From Torpedo marmorata (taxonomy: Eukaryota): DNA of 64,000 nt. How positions within the stretch are numbered: the first letter of the stretch is position 1; every line of letters begins with the position of its first letter. The translations under genes and the position numbers were made by a program. The stretch lies in the NCBI GenBank assembly GCA_977017645.1, contig OZ360223.1, forward strand, positions 204,352,001 to 204,416,000. The letters are read 5' to 3'. This document shows, piece after piece, positions 12,889-24,460 of the stretch. The notes under the pieces were generated by a model. It saw nothing but the letters and a program-made list of their open reading frames with translations. It was not told the origin of the DNA and ran no database searches.

Positions 12889-13638
12889 TTTAATAGGAAG
12901 GGTAAATTGTATCAAAATTAATGTCTTTCCAAGAATTCAATATCTTTTTCAATCAATTCCTTATGAAATTCCTCAAAAGATTTTTAAGGATTTAAATTTA
13001 ATTATTAGGAAATTTTTGTCGAAGGGAAAGTTAGCTGGAGTAGGTATGGAGAAATTAACTTGGAATTATGAAATGGGAGGTTTACAACTTCCCAATTTTC
13101 AAAATTATTATAAGGCATCTCAGTTAAAATTTATTAATGAAATGTTTGATTTTGAAAAATCTTCTGCTTGGATTAGAATAGAACTAAATAATATAGGAGA
13201 GAATTTGAAAGATGAAGTTATTTATAAATGGAATTCTAAATTATTATTAAGAGGAGGTAAAAACTCTCCTATTTTAAGGCATTTGTTAGAAATATGGAAT
13301 AAAGTGGATAGGGAGATAGGAGGGAAAGGGTTAATTTCTTGTAAAATGCCTTTATATCAAAATAAACATTCCATTTACTATTGATAATCAATTGTTTAAA
13401 ATTTGGTTTCAAAAAGGGATTAAAAAAGTAAATGATTGTTTTGAAGCTGGTAAATTTATCATTTTTCTAAGAATGAAAGAGAAGTTTAATGTATTAAATA
13501 ATACACACTTTGCTTATTATCAAATAAGAGCATTTTTGGTTGAAAAGTTAGGGCATAGTTTAATATTACCAAGACAAAGTGAATTGGAGCTACTAGTTAT
13601 TAATGGGAGTATAAATAAATTCATTTCTCAAATGTATA
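12889..13638 (+). mobile_element. Internal fragment of an L1 related to the 3211-6172 element
   Basis: ORFs 13016-13384 and 13392-13766 align with the 840-aa ORF (EMGGLQLPNFQ, IYKWNSKLLL); ends abruptly at the Penelope-like element. Confidence 0.88.
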
Positions 13639-14661
13639 GCAAGAGGGGGAGGAGGGATGGCTGGGTGGGTGGAAAAAAACTGAAAGGACAGGTAAGGGGG
13701 GAGGGGGGAAAGGATTTCCAGCATTTGTGTTTTTTTACTTCAAAAAGACACTGTTTGACCTGCTGAGTTTCTCCAGCATTTGTGGTTTTTTTTTTACTTC
13801 AAATGCTTGCCTTTTCCTTCCCCTCCCCCTTACCTGTCCTTCCAGTTTTTTTCCACCCATCCAGCCATCCCTCCTCCCCCTCTTTGCTGCTGTCCCCTCC
13901 CTCCTTTCTCCACCTATCATCTCCTGCCTTTGCCACCCCCCTTCCCCCCCTCACTCTTTTGTTCGAACGCCTGCCGGCATTTTCTCATACTTTGATGAAG
14001 GGCTCAAGCCCGAAACGTCAGTTATGTATTTCTACCTTTGCTACATAAAAGACACTGTTTGACCTGCTGAGCTTCTCCAGCATTTGTGTTTTTTACCATC
14101 TCCAACCTCATCACCTTCGGTCACCTCCCCTCCACGGCTACCAACCTCATTCTCTCCCACCCCCGCACTGCCCATTTCTACCTTCCACCCAAGATACACA
14201 AACCCAACCATCCGGGCAGTCCCATTGTTTCTGCCTGCTCCTGCCCCACCGAACTAGTTTCATCTTACCTTGACTCCATCTTTTCTCCCCTGGTCCAATC
14301 CCTCCCCACCTACATCCGCGACACCTCACATGCCCTCCATTTCCTCAATGACTTCAGATTCCCTGAACCGGATCGCATCACCTTCATCATGGATGTCCAA
14401 TCCCTTTATACCTCTATCCCCCACACAGAAGGTCTGAAAGCACTTCACTTCTTCCTGGACCAAAGACCCGACCAGTCACCCTTTACCACCTATCATCTCC
14501 TGCCTTTGCCACTCCCCCATTCCCCCCCTCACTCTTTTGTTCGGACGCCTGCCGGAATTTTCTCATACTTTGATGAAGGGCTCAAGCCCGAAACGTCGGT
14601 TATGTATTTCTACCTTTGCTACATAAAAGACACTGTTTGACCTGCTGAGCTTCTCCAGCAT
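13638..14661 (+). mobile_element. Rearranged Penelope-like element: inverted terminal-repeat piece, terminal repeat, RT fragment, terminal repeat
   Basis: PKIHKP..PG.PIVS and MDVQSLYTSIPH (PLE RT) at ~14095-14480; direct repeats ~13910-14083 and ~14486-14661; 13638-13713 is the reverse complement of ~13810-13890. Confidence 0.85.
13985..14027 (+). ncRNA. Minimal hammerhead-ribozyme-like motif in a Penelope terminal repeat (also ~14563-14605, ~63513-63555, ~1250-1290, ~37420-37460)
   Basis: TTGATGA - stem GGGCT/AGCCC - GAAA - CGTC; core deviates from CTGANGA at the first base. Confidence 0.55.
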
Positions 14662-15345
14662 ATGAAGACCAAAAACTTTGCAGAGAACTCCAAGTGTGGT
14701 TAATCAGGGTTCAACATAATTTGAAGGTCAACGACCTTCAACTTGAACACAATTTGCAGGTGAAGGTCAATGACCTGAAACTTTAACCCTATTTCTCTCT
14801 CCGCAGATGCAACGAGTCCTGCAAATATTGCCAGCATTTTGATTTTATTTCAAATTTTGAATCATTTCAAATCTGTTTTTTAGTTAAATAAAAATTTCAA
14901 TTCTACTTTTCTGTATTAATTTCCTGAGGCTTAGTTTTCTCTATGATCTCTTTAAAACTCAGTTCATTAATTGATGTGGTGGCAGACCTACCATTAAATA
15001 CAAATTAAATTTTAAAAAATCATGCCAAAACCGACCACAACATTTTCCTACTGTTCACAAAACAACAAGCTCTTGGTTCACAAAGATTAATCTTGGGCTG
15101 GAGATGCACAGAAATATTTTTCTTGCAGAATGATTGAGATATGCATGGTCTCCTGGCAGAGCTAACTTTTATAGAGTCATGAAATCCTCTAAAAATTACT
15201 GCTTACTTGACATGTACTGGGATTGAAGGTCATAAAAATATATTTAGGCGTGTATGTCAGTCCAAGAATATTTGGATGAAGTTTGCTGATTACCTTTTTA
15301 GAAGCTTATGTAGTTTAAAATTGCTTTCTTTTGCAGTGGTAAATA

Positions 15346-16161
15346 TGTTACGTCGCAGACCAGCAGTAATAGAAATTCACCAAGAGAGTGTTATTGTTTT
15401 TCTTTTAAAACAATATATTTATTAATAACTACGTGTGCATGCGCGTGCATGTGTGATACCCAAACCATTATAGCTTACGCACAATTCTGGAAAGTCATTC
15501 CAAATTTCAGTCTTAGAAGTCCATAGTTGAAACGCAGACTTTTAAACTGATGCCCAGAAGTAATCACGAAGGAAGTAGGAGAGACTGAGTGACCGGACTG
15601 CTGAAAACTCACGAATCCTTGTTGAAATATCCTTTCGGACGAACGGTTGTCACACCTCCCCTTTTCCTTGCGTAGAGTAACTTCCACGATGCTTCCAAAA
15701 CCCAGGCAAGGGTCAGTCGAAATGACCATTACTTTGGTCACAATCCAATGCAGCAATTCTTCTGCTTTCAAAACCCAGATACGGGTCAAGCAAAGTGACC
15801 TTTCCTTTGGTCACGGTGGTTCAATAATTCCCCTGACAGGGAGAATCAGCCGAATTGTCCATTTCACACAAAGTCACTCCACCTCTGTGTTCATCAGATG
15901 GCTGGTGGTCACTAATGAAAACCTGTTTCTTTTAAGTGTCCCACACACATGACTCTCTGTCAGTGTCCCACTCACATGACTCTCTCACCACCTGTTTTCC
16001 TGGATAAACCACCATTGTTCTTTCTCTTCCTCCAGAGCATCAACTTTGTTTATAGTTTGTACTTGATAATGCCATCCAGTCTCACCACAACTGTGAATGG
16101 TTGCAGCCTGTATTAACCCATAAAGTGACAGTCACACTAAATGAAACGGGAGCTCGTAATA
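15346..16161 (-). mobile_element. Solo LTR (probably gypsy-type)
   Basis: Termini TGTTACG...CGTAA(T)A, imperfect 4-bp TSD AATA/AATG, minus-strand AATAAA near 15420, 3' end resembles the other two LTRs. Confidence 0.65.
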
Positions 16162-16799
16162 AATGAAACCACTGCAGTGCAATTACTGGTGCAATGAGCT
16201 TGAGGTGGGTCAAGTGTTGTTTCTCATTCCAAACTTATGTATCCATCTAACCGGCCCGCAAGTCATATTAGATGGCTGATTTGGAAAATGAAAATGTCAG
16301 ATTGATACAGTTGGACATCAGAGTGCCAAGGTTGGGCAATAGAGACAAATCTTTTCCAGTGTTTAACATTGTTTAACCTGGAAATGGTTAATGCTGACAG
16401 AAGTAATTTAATTCCGATAGAGATCGTTCTTTCTGTGATACGCAGAAGAGGAAAGACTTCAAATATTCTTTAATGGTGAATGAAAGGTAATGGTGCACAG
16501 ATCACACTCCTCAAATCACTTGAGATTACAGACCACCTACAGTTTCAACCCAAATACTAAAACAAAATTAGTAAATCAAGACTTCGAGTTAGATTTCAAT
16601 CCAGGTCATCCTTAAATCACAAAGTGACGACACATGCTATTTACTTTCTTATTTCACAGAAGCACAAGAGAAGTTCTAAGGCATAGTTTGAGGCTGATAA
16701 GAAAAAATAATGATGGAAAATATAAAGTTGACAGAAATAGCAGTACACCTGAAGGACCAAGAACTTGATTAAAAAAAGATTGAATATGAAAATAAGTGG

Positions 16800-17180
16800 C
16801 AAGAAACAAAAACGCATTAAGAGCTTTTATAGGTACTTAAAAAGGAAAAGATAAGTGAGGGATCTTTAGAGGCTGGGGAATTCATAGCCTGAAAAAGAGG
16901 AAATGGCAGAAGAAATAAACAAATTACTTTGTGTCTGCTTCACAGAAGATACACAAAACGTGCCGTATATATAATCAGTGGATCAAGTGGGAATGAGTAA
17001 CCAAAGGTACCAACAATTAGTGAAAAAAACAGTATTAGAGAAGTTGATGATTTTGAAAGCAGATACCAATTCCATGGATCTTATCAGCTTCAAACTTGGG
17101 GTACAGATCATAGTTTTAGGAATGGTGGATATTCTAGTTATCAACTTCCAGTATTTCTGGAATTGTTCCCATGAGCTGAA
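16800..17180 (+). mobile_element. Old CR1 fragment
   Basis: Degenerate EMAEEINKYFVS and VLEKLMILKAD coding remnants. Confidence 0.55.
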
Positions 17181-17192
17181 GTAGAACAAATG

Positions 17193-17282
17193 AAGCAATC
17201 CCTTACTAATCACAGAGCACTTATAGCATAAGGATTGCTTAAGGTGGAATGTGAGTTTAGGGGGGCAGTTTGAAAACCACTG
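17193..17282. mobile_element. Partial hAT-type MITE
   Basis: Internal inverted repeat AAGCAATCC...GGATTGCTT; terminus TTGAAAACCACTG followed by ATCTAGA, the NTCTAGAN-type hAT target. Confidence 0.6.
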
Positions 17283-17939
17283 ATCTAGATGAAGGATTTT
17301 GACCTGAATTGTTGAATGTTCCTCCCCCGCCTCTCCAACACTGATGCTGCTTAACCTGCTGTGTTCCTCCAACATATTTTTTTGCCTCAATTTAAAAATT
17401 AACTGTCCACCAGGCTTAATGTCAGTTGGAGAACGAGCTATCTTAAGCCAACAAACATCAATAGCTTGTACATCCTACAGAAAAAACCAAACTCCTCGTA
17501 ACAACACAGGTGTAGCCATCAGTACTGATGCAACCACCCCCAGGGCGTTGCAGCAGATGCAACTTGCAAACCATTATAGTGGAGTCAACATGGGAACTGA
17601 GAGTCTTCTATAGGCAAAGGGCTTACAACTGTGGCAAGTAGCATTCTGTACAACATATTTTGATCTGTTCCCTGCTCAAGGTTAGTCCTTGTATGGATCA
17701 GGATCATGCCATGGCCATCACATGAACTTTGCATTATGAATAGGCACACAAAGAAATCAAAAGGTTTGCTCATGTGATTAAGACCACTTGAATTCTGGCA
17801 TCAAATTATAGCAACACAGCTTCCTGTGTTAGTTTTAGGATATTTTCTATAATTCACAAGAGCAAATGACCAGTATTCCAAGACTGCAACATTCATTATT
17901 CAAACTTTATAACCCTTTCATCTACTTCAAACTCTATCA

Positions 17940-18238
17940 GGTACCAGAACCGGGATGCGAGGGGGTGCTGAAGGCACTGAAGGGTTCCTGACCGTGTCGG
18001 AGGTTCGGATCTGGAGTTCGGGTTGCCAATGGTTTGGACTGGACTCTGTGTGGCTGCGGAAGTGCTGGAGGTGAATCTACGGACACTGGGTGACTCTCTT
18101 TTGCTTCTCTTTCTCTGACTGTAAGAGGCGCTTCAGGCAATTTCTGCCGATGGCGAATCTGTCTGCCTTCCAGCAGGCAAAAGCAATTTTGTGTAATATG
18201 ACACTGTTTTATTGCATGACAATAAATTGAATCTTGAA
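17940..18238 (+). mobile_element. Non-coding retroposon 3' fragment (same family as 39150-39490)
   Basis: Ends CATGACAATAAA plus a short tandem tail as in Rex1/L2-type 3' ends; similar to the reverse complement of 39150-39490. Confidence 0.6.
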
Positions 18239-18349
18239 TTTACATCACACACCATTTTCATCAGAGTGGATTATCATTAGACGCCAAACCCGTTGCATTG
18301 AAATGTTTTCTGAAACTCACAGGAAATAAGTACGTAGTTAGATAAAGAT

Positions 18350-18596
18350 GGCATGGTTAGCATAGTGGTTAGTGCAACACTATAACAGTGTCAGCGACCC
18401 GGGTTTGAATCCGGTGCTGTTTAAGTAGTTTATATATTCTCCCCATGACCACGTGGGTTTCCTCTGGGTGTTCCGGTTTCCTCCCACCTTCCAAAAAAGT
18501 ACAGGGGTTGTAGAGTATTGGTGTATTTTGGGCAGCATGGGCTCATGAGCCAGAAGGGCCAATTATCAGTCCGAATCTCTAAATTTAAAAAAAATA
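18350..18596 (+). mobile_element. tRNA-derived V-SINE (HE1-like)
   Basis: A/B-box-like head, V-domain core GTGGGTTTCCTCTGGGTGTTCCGGTTTCCTCCCAC, A-rich tail. Confidence 0.85.
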
Positions 18597-20730
18597 AACT
18601 CATGGAATCAACACTGGGCTCACTTTTGTTCTACTCATTAACAATTTTCAAAGTTAGACACCACAAGACCATTAGAAATAATTGTAAGCCCCACGAGCCT
18701 GCTCTTCCATTCAATAACACTGCAGATGATCCTGTACCTCAAATCCACTGAGACCTGGTCCCCATAGCATTCAAAAGTCTACTGATCTCAGTGCAGAATA
18801 TTCTCAACTACGAATGATTTTTACTCCTAAGGTAGAAAATTTCAAAGATGATTCCACAGAAACTTTGCCGACTGTCAATCCTAAATAGCCATACTGTTAT
18901 CCTTAGAATATATCACTTAATTTTCTAATTTAGCTTGAAAAGTCTCTTGGCATTTACCCCATTAATTAATTCACTCAGAAGCTTGTACGTCTCAATGAGT
19001 CTGAGACCCTTGGATATCAAAGCTTCCCCTATTTGGTCATGCGAACTATCACAAAAAATTAAGAATGCCTAGCACACTAAAAAAGATGAACATGGGAAAG
19101 AAAGCTTAATACAATAAGGCATGGGGTAGGTCATCTAAGGGACAGAAATGTAATTTAAACAGCAAATTTGTCAATGTGATATGGGGAGAAATGGCGCACC
19201 TTTACAAATATATACAGGTGCTTGGATCAAGTTATTGAGAAAATGCCAGCAAAGACATTTACAACAATGAGTACACAAAAATCAGGATTATAACAGCAAA
19301 ATGGTCACAATGGCTGCTCACAAAACTATACCTATTACATCTGAATATAGTTTGTTACCAAAAGAACAAGATCAAAAAAGGAAATGCAAAATAATTAAGT
19401 CACATAGCACAGCTGGACTGTCAATGGTTGGACTACTCCAAGACGTGGGCAGATTTGATTAAAGTGTTCAAATAAAGGAAACAGACAAGATAATTTCTTT
19501 AACAAGTCAGTCAAAAACAAGGTCATTATAAGAATGGATAAAAGCAGATTCATCTAAACTTCATGCAGAGTTATTAAAATATATAATGCTTTATTCTAGT
19601 GGTGATCGATAATAAATCAATTACAACATCCAAAGTAACACTGGATGATTGCTTGAATACATAAAAAGTAATGCAGAGTGAAAGACTAGTTTGAAAGCAA
19701 CATCACGATTTCTGTGCAAACTCCTTGTGCCATTAATATTTGTAAATAGATTGGCAGATTTCAGCATTCCACTGATCACATTAATTCGTGGAGATGTTGT
19801 TTCATGATATTTGCTTCAAATGGAAACTATGAAATAGACATTTAAAGATTTGTACATCTTGAGATTTTTAAATCATTATCAGGTCATCTATGCTACAAAC
19901 TCACAATGGATTAGACATCTGAAAGTGTATGAAGTACAACTCAAATATAATACAGTAACTCAGACATCAGCATTAAATGCATTAACAGTGTCCTGACATT
20001 TTTTTTTTAAATCACTGTTTTATGATAATTTAATTGGCTTCAAATATCAAGAAAATTAAGTAATTGTGGATTTGTTGAAAATTAGGGTGTTGAGATCCTG
20101 GAATACAGAAATAGAAACTGCACCCTTCTTTGAGAAAATAGAGCATGGATCTATAGAGTGTATCAAGAAGGACTGATGTCTTGAAGTCAAGAAGGTTAAG
20201 GAAGATATTTTGTACATCTTGGAGTTGAGAGGTTTGGGGATTGATAAATACTGGTAGAACTGAACAGAGGAGAATTATTTCAATTTATCAAAGTTTTAAT
20301 TTGCTAAGACATGATTCCAATGGTAAACTAGAAAACACAGGAAATGGATGAATAGAAGTGTGGGCTTTACCCAATTTTTATTAAATAAAAATATAGCCAG
20401 TAAAATTCCATTTTTGAAACAGACTACTGTTTAAAATGCTGAGTAAAAGCATTGATAGCAACTAAAGACTGTTCCATGACAATTCTTAATTGTGCTTAAT
20501 ACTTTATTCTAAGGCAGGGGTGGCTAAACTACAGCCCCCGGGCCAACTGCAGCTCGTTGCCCATTTTTAAGTGGCCCAGAGTGAATTTTAAATATAAAAT
20601 GGAATATGGCCCGTTCGAACATAGTCTCTAACAATAAATTGCCCCGTATGTACATTGCACTTCTTACATTCGACACTAGATGTCGCTGCCATTTTGAACA
20701 ACTACTAGACCAATCATTGCAATGAAAATG

Positions 20731-20925
20731 CTTACCTCAGTTAAAAAAGAACATTTACCTCAGTTATAAAAACTTTTACCTGTTTAAAAAGTTTACCTCA
20801 GTTATTAAAATAAAACGTTTACCTCAGTTAAAAAAAACATTTACCCCAGTTAATAAAAACGTTTACATCAGTTTTTTAAAAAAAGGTTTACCTCCGTTTA
20901 AAAAAAAAGTTTACTTCAGTTGATT
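20731..20925. repeat. Imperfect tandem array of TTACCTCAGTT plus A-run units inside the hAT element
   Basis: About 9 units of ~18-26 bp read directly. Confidence 0.85.
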
Positions 20926-21202
20926 AAACATGGCGGAATTGAAAAGACGGAAAATAGCAAAGGAGTGCCGAAAATTTCTAACACAGTGGGAAAATGAATA
21001 CTTTTTCACAGAAGTCAAGAAGAAGTGTGTTTGTTTGATATGCAAGGAATCTGTTAACTTTAATAGCCTATCTACAGATTTACACATTGCATCATAATCA
21101 TTAAGATGGACACTTGGGCCATGAACTGTATTCACTGAGATTTGTGGAGAAATGTTGGAGACTGCCTCATCCCTTTCTTGATATTTTCTCCTGTTCTTAT
21201 TT

Positions 21203-21440
21203 TAGTGTAGCGGTTAGCGCAACGCTGTTACAGCGCCAGCGACCGGGGTTTGAATCCGACGCTGTCTGTAAAGAGTTTGTACGTTCTCCCCATGTCTGCG
21301 TGGGTTTCCTCCAGGTGCTCCAGTTTCTTCCCATCGTTCAAAACGTAGCAGGGTTGCAGGTCAATTGGGTGTAATTGGGCGGCACGGGCTTGTGGGCTGA
21401 AAGGGCCTGTTACCGTGCTGTATGTCTAAATTTAAAAAAA
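21203..21440 (+). mobile_element. V-SINE (HE1-like) nested in the hAT element
   Basis: Same head, V-domain and tail as the copies at 18350 and 58582. Confidence 0.88.
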
Positions 21441-21620
21441 TATTTTGCACCCAGCTTTTTTATTTTGCACTGCTTTTTGAATGAGAGTCTTAAAGAGTTT
21501 TATTGTATTCATTTAAATTAAAGAGCAGCAAATACAGAAATGCCTACTGTAATATGTGAGCACATCAATAAACTAATGTAACATCAACAGTTAAACTGTT
21601 CAGTAGTGGAGTATAGTTAT

Positions 21621-22478
21621 TGTTATGGACCATGACTGACCATTTGTACTGCGGACGGTCAGCAGGAAGGATGAAGTCTTTTGGAGTACACACTGGGACC
21701 AGGTACTGAAAGAGTTAACTTGCCCAGGACTGGGTGTACTCATAGAGAGAGACACAGAGAGAAAGAGACAGGCTGTGGAAAGATTCTTTGTAGCACTTCT
21801 GCAAAAGCAGGTGCAAACCTCTGCAAAAAGCATTCAGATTTAGTTTTTGGAGTTGCAAGAGGCTGGAACAACACAGCCAAATCCAGGCTTGTTCATTCCA
21901 GGGGAAAAGGCTGGGAGAATAGCACATGGCCTCCTGTATCAGCAAAATCCTTAGTTAAAACAACTTTTGTGGAGAACAGGCATGAGATCAGTGAGACAGG
22001 CTGTGAGATCCAAGTATACGCCTCAATCAAAACTGATTTGGAATTGCAATCCTCGTGTACTTACCAAAAGGGAAAGTCATCAGAGAAGAAAAGCAGGCCA
22101 AGCATTCGTAAGCTTAAACAGTCATTGTCTCTCTCCAACGTTCATTAAGAAGTCCTTCGTGCCAGCACACAGAGCTGAATTTGGACCCTGAACATAGAGA
22201 GTGATTTTTTGTGGACTGTATTTTTGGGACTGACTTATTTTTATGACTGACCTGGGGTTTTGGGGAATGTTTTTCCATTTTTACATGAAGGTTGGGCACA
22301 GACTGTAATGGTCTGGGCTTTACACACACACTCTTTAGATAAGAATAGTGTTTATAGACGTTTATAGTGGGGTTAATTGTTAAGAAATTATATGTTTAAT
22401 TGTCTTTAATAAATATAAATTTCAATTTTACCCCTTTTGCATTGCGTCTTCTGTCGTTGCTGGTTTGAATTTCTAACA
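21621..22478 (+). mobile_element. Solo LTR nested in the hAT element
   Basis: TGTTA...TAACA termini, AATAAA near 22408, colinear with 53828-54737. Confidence 0.85.
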
Positions 22479-23836
22479 TTTAGACAGAAAATGAATTTTC
22501 GATGGCACAGGAGTTTTCTGGTATAAAAACACCATTTTCTTGCAGTATAACTAACTGGTTGAAAACTGCAGTGTTTAATACTGTTTGGCCCGTGACTCTA
22601 TATTTTTATGTATGTGGCACACAACCAAAAAAAGCTTTGCCACCCCTGTTCTAACGTAATCTCATAAGTAAGTTAATTTGTTATAAAGAAGTTCCTTTAT
22701 GGATGGTTGTAAGGTGAGGCAGCATCACAATATAGTGTGATTGAAATGCTTGACATTCTCAAGATTTTCATTACATCAATACTAAAAAAAACAATAAAAT
22801 GACACATACAAGTGTCATCAAATTACAAATGTTAATTTCAAGATTTCAAGGACTGAAGTTGCTAATTCTTTTTGCCAAATCATTTCCTACTATCAATTTA
22901 CTATATATTTTAATCTGGTTTTGAGAGAGGGGTGGTGATAGTTGAAGGTCAAACAGAACAGTTGTGAAAGTACAATAGCAAAACAACACAGATGCATGAA
23001 ATAAATACAGAAAATGGTTCAAGTATTCAGCAAGTGAGGCAGCATCTGTGGAGAGAGACTCAGTGTTCCAGGTCCATATCCGTTATTCCAGTGTTCTCTT
23101 TTCACGAGCAAAGTATACTGTAACTACATTTAAACAAACTAAATTTGCGAAAAAAGTCTCGACCACATTTAATGGCATGTATTCAAAACACAGGAAGAAA
23201 TAAAATAATGAAATTGCATATGTGGTAAAGCCGTCTGGGCGAAATTAAACATTAAGCTTTTGCGCCAGAGATTGAAATAAATCAAAACCCCAAGACTAAT
23301 ACAATCACCGTAAGGAATGTACATTTCAGAAGCAAAAAGTATTGGTAAAGACAAGTTCTGGCGCGAGAATTAGATTCATGCTTGCTATGTTGCCTTCCAA
23401 CAAATTCACCTTCCAAAATAATCGACACGTTTCTTGTGTAAACGTTGATTTATTAACTTTCGCTTCAAGTTGCATTTTACAAGTTAGAAAGACACCACTG
23501 GCCAGAAGCGGCATTTCGCCCTCCAGGGAGTATATTCGACTGAACTGAAGCAAGACAAAGCTTGAAAGGATGAACTGGGAAATAATTAACCGAACAAAAC
23601 CTTTAAGGCCATCAGAACTGCCAGTGCCCAGCAACCTCACGCCCGGTCTCTGAACAAAAGTGCAACTTTCATGCACATCCAACCAAAAGTTTATTTCTGT
23701 TGTCGGAGTCTCCCCTCTATTGAAAGGTGTGTGCATTGCCTGACGATTGACAAACACCAGACGTTTTTCCACAATGAAAAACACAACAATAAACCCAAAC
23801 CAGCCAGTTTCAATCATCGGCCTCGGCCTTACTCAC

Positions 23837-24030
23837 CCTACCTATCCTGCTTGGTGAACCTCACGTTTGACCCGAATCATTATTGACAACTGCACTGGCC
23901 ATTCAGAGCCCAGGCTTTGTCCGGAAGACCGTGAGCACAACCGATGGGCTTGCAGAAAGGCGGGCCTCGCTGCTCTGGAAACAGGTTTGGTTGAGAGAAC
24001 AATATGGTGGCTCTTCTCCCGTAACACCGC
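23837..24030 (-). other. Candidate first exon of a divergently transcribed gene (ERI3 by mammalian synteny only)
   Basis: GC/CpG-rich segment just downstream (minus strand) of a ZNF143 motif, ending in AGG|GTGAGT donor (plus-strand ACTCAC at 23831-23836); no recognisable protein match. Confidence 0.35.
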
Positions 24031-24050
24031 GGCATTCTGGGAGTTGTAGT
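24031..24050 (-). promoter_or_regulatory. ZNF143/THAP11 extended motif ACTACAACTCCCAGAATGCC
   Basis: Near-perfect match to ACTACANNTCCCAGAATGC. Confidence 0.85.
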
Positions 24051-24440
24051 CGCCAGGGCCGAATCATCCACCTCCCGGATCAGAACCGAAATGTGTCAGT
24101 CCACCCACGGTCCCACCCTCTTGAAGTTAGTTGGGAGCGGATAGTAGCCCTAAATATTTGGTGATAGTTTTATTAAACCGGTCAGTTGCACTAACAATTT
24201 TACCAACTTCTTTTTTACAAATTTTGTAATGAACTGAAGTGACTGAGCAAGATTGACCAGTACAGACCTCTATAGTAGCCGGTGGCCTGCTCACAACCGC
24301 CCCACAAAAAATGTTAATGCTCAATGGTAAAATGCAATTACATATCTTCCTGTTTTGTGTCACAAATGTATCACGTTTCCCACTGCATACGCCGGACTAG
24401 AGATGTCTGAAGTCTTCAGCGCCTTTGATTTTCTGGGTAA

Positions 24441-24460
24441 AGGACACTGGGAGTTGTAGT
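24441..24460 (-). promoter_or_regulatory. ZNF143/THAP11 motif ACTACAACTCCCAG
   Basis: 14-bp core identical to the 24037-24050 core. Confidence 0.75.

Larger units (their letters stand above)
20515..22648 (+). mobile_element. Non-autonomous hAT (Charlie/SPIN-group) DNA transposon with nested SINE and solo LTR
   Basis: TIRs CAGGGGTGGCTAAACT and CAGGGGTGGCAAAGCT; 8-bp TSD TTCTAAGG/TTCTAACG; transposase N-terminus MAELKRRKIAKECRKFLTQWENEYFFTEVKKKCVCLICKESV from ATG at 20930. Confidence 0.9.

Noticed and set aside
14721-14776. Palindrome TTGAAGGTC-AAC-GACCTTCAA and perfect IR1 AGGTCAATGACCT as a nuclear-receptor element
   Set aside because: Better explained as the hairpin of a degraded Penelope-type terminal repeat that continues to ~14860
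17410-17476. Minus-strand acceptor TTTTTTCTGTAG as a possible ERI3 exon
   Set aside because: No convincing donor and no similarity to ERI3; the exonuclease motif LDFEATC was not found in the window
18350-18420. tRNA-like sequences at SINE heads (also 21203, 58582)
   Set aside because: Degenerate and fused to V-SINE bodies; not tRNA genes
20731-20925. Spaced repeats resembling a CRISPR array (also 55222-55387)
   Set aside because: Eukaryotic context, spacers are A-runs or repeat variants, no cas genes
23326-23817. 163-aa minus-strand ORF and other short ORFs outside repeats
   Set aside because: No recognisable domains or splice support; consistent with chance ORFs or antisense frames of repeats
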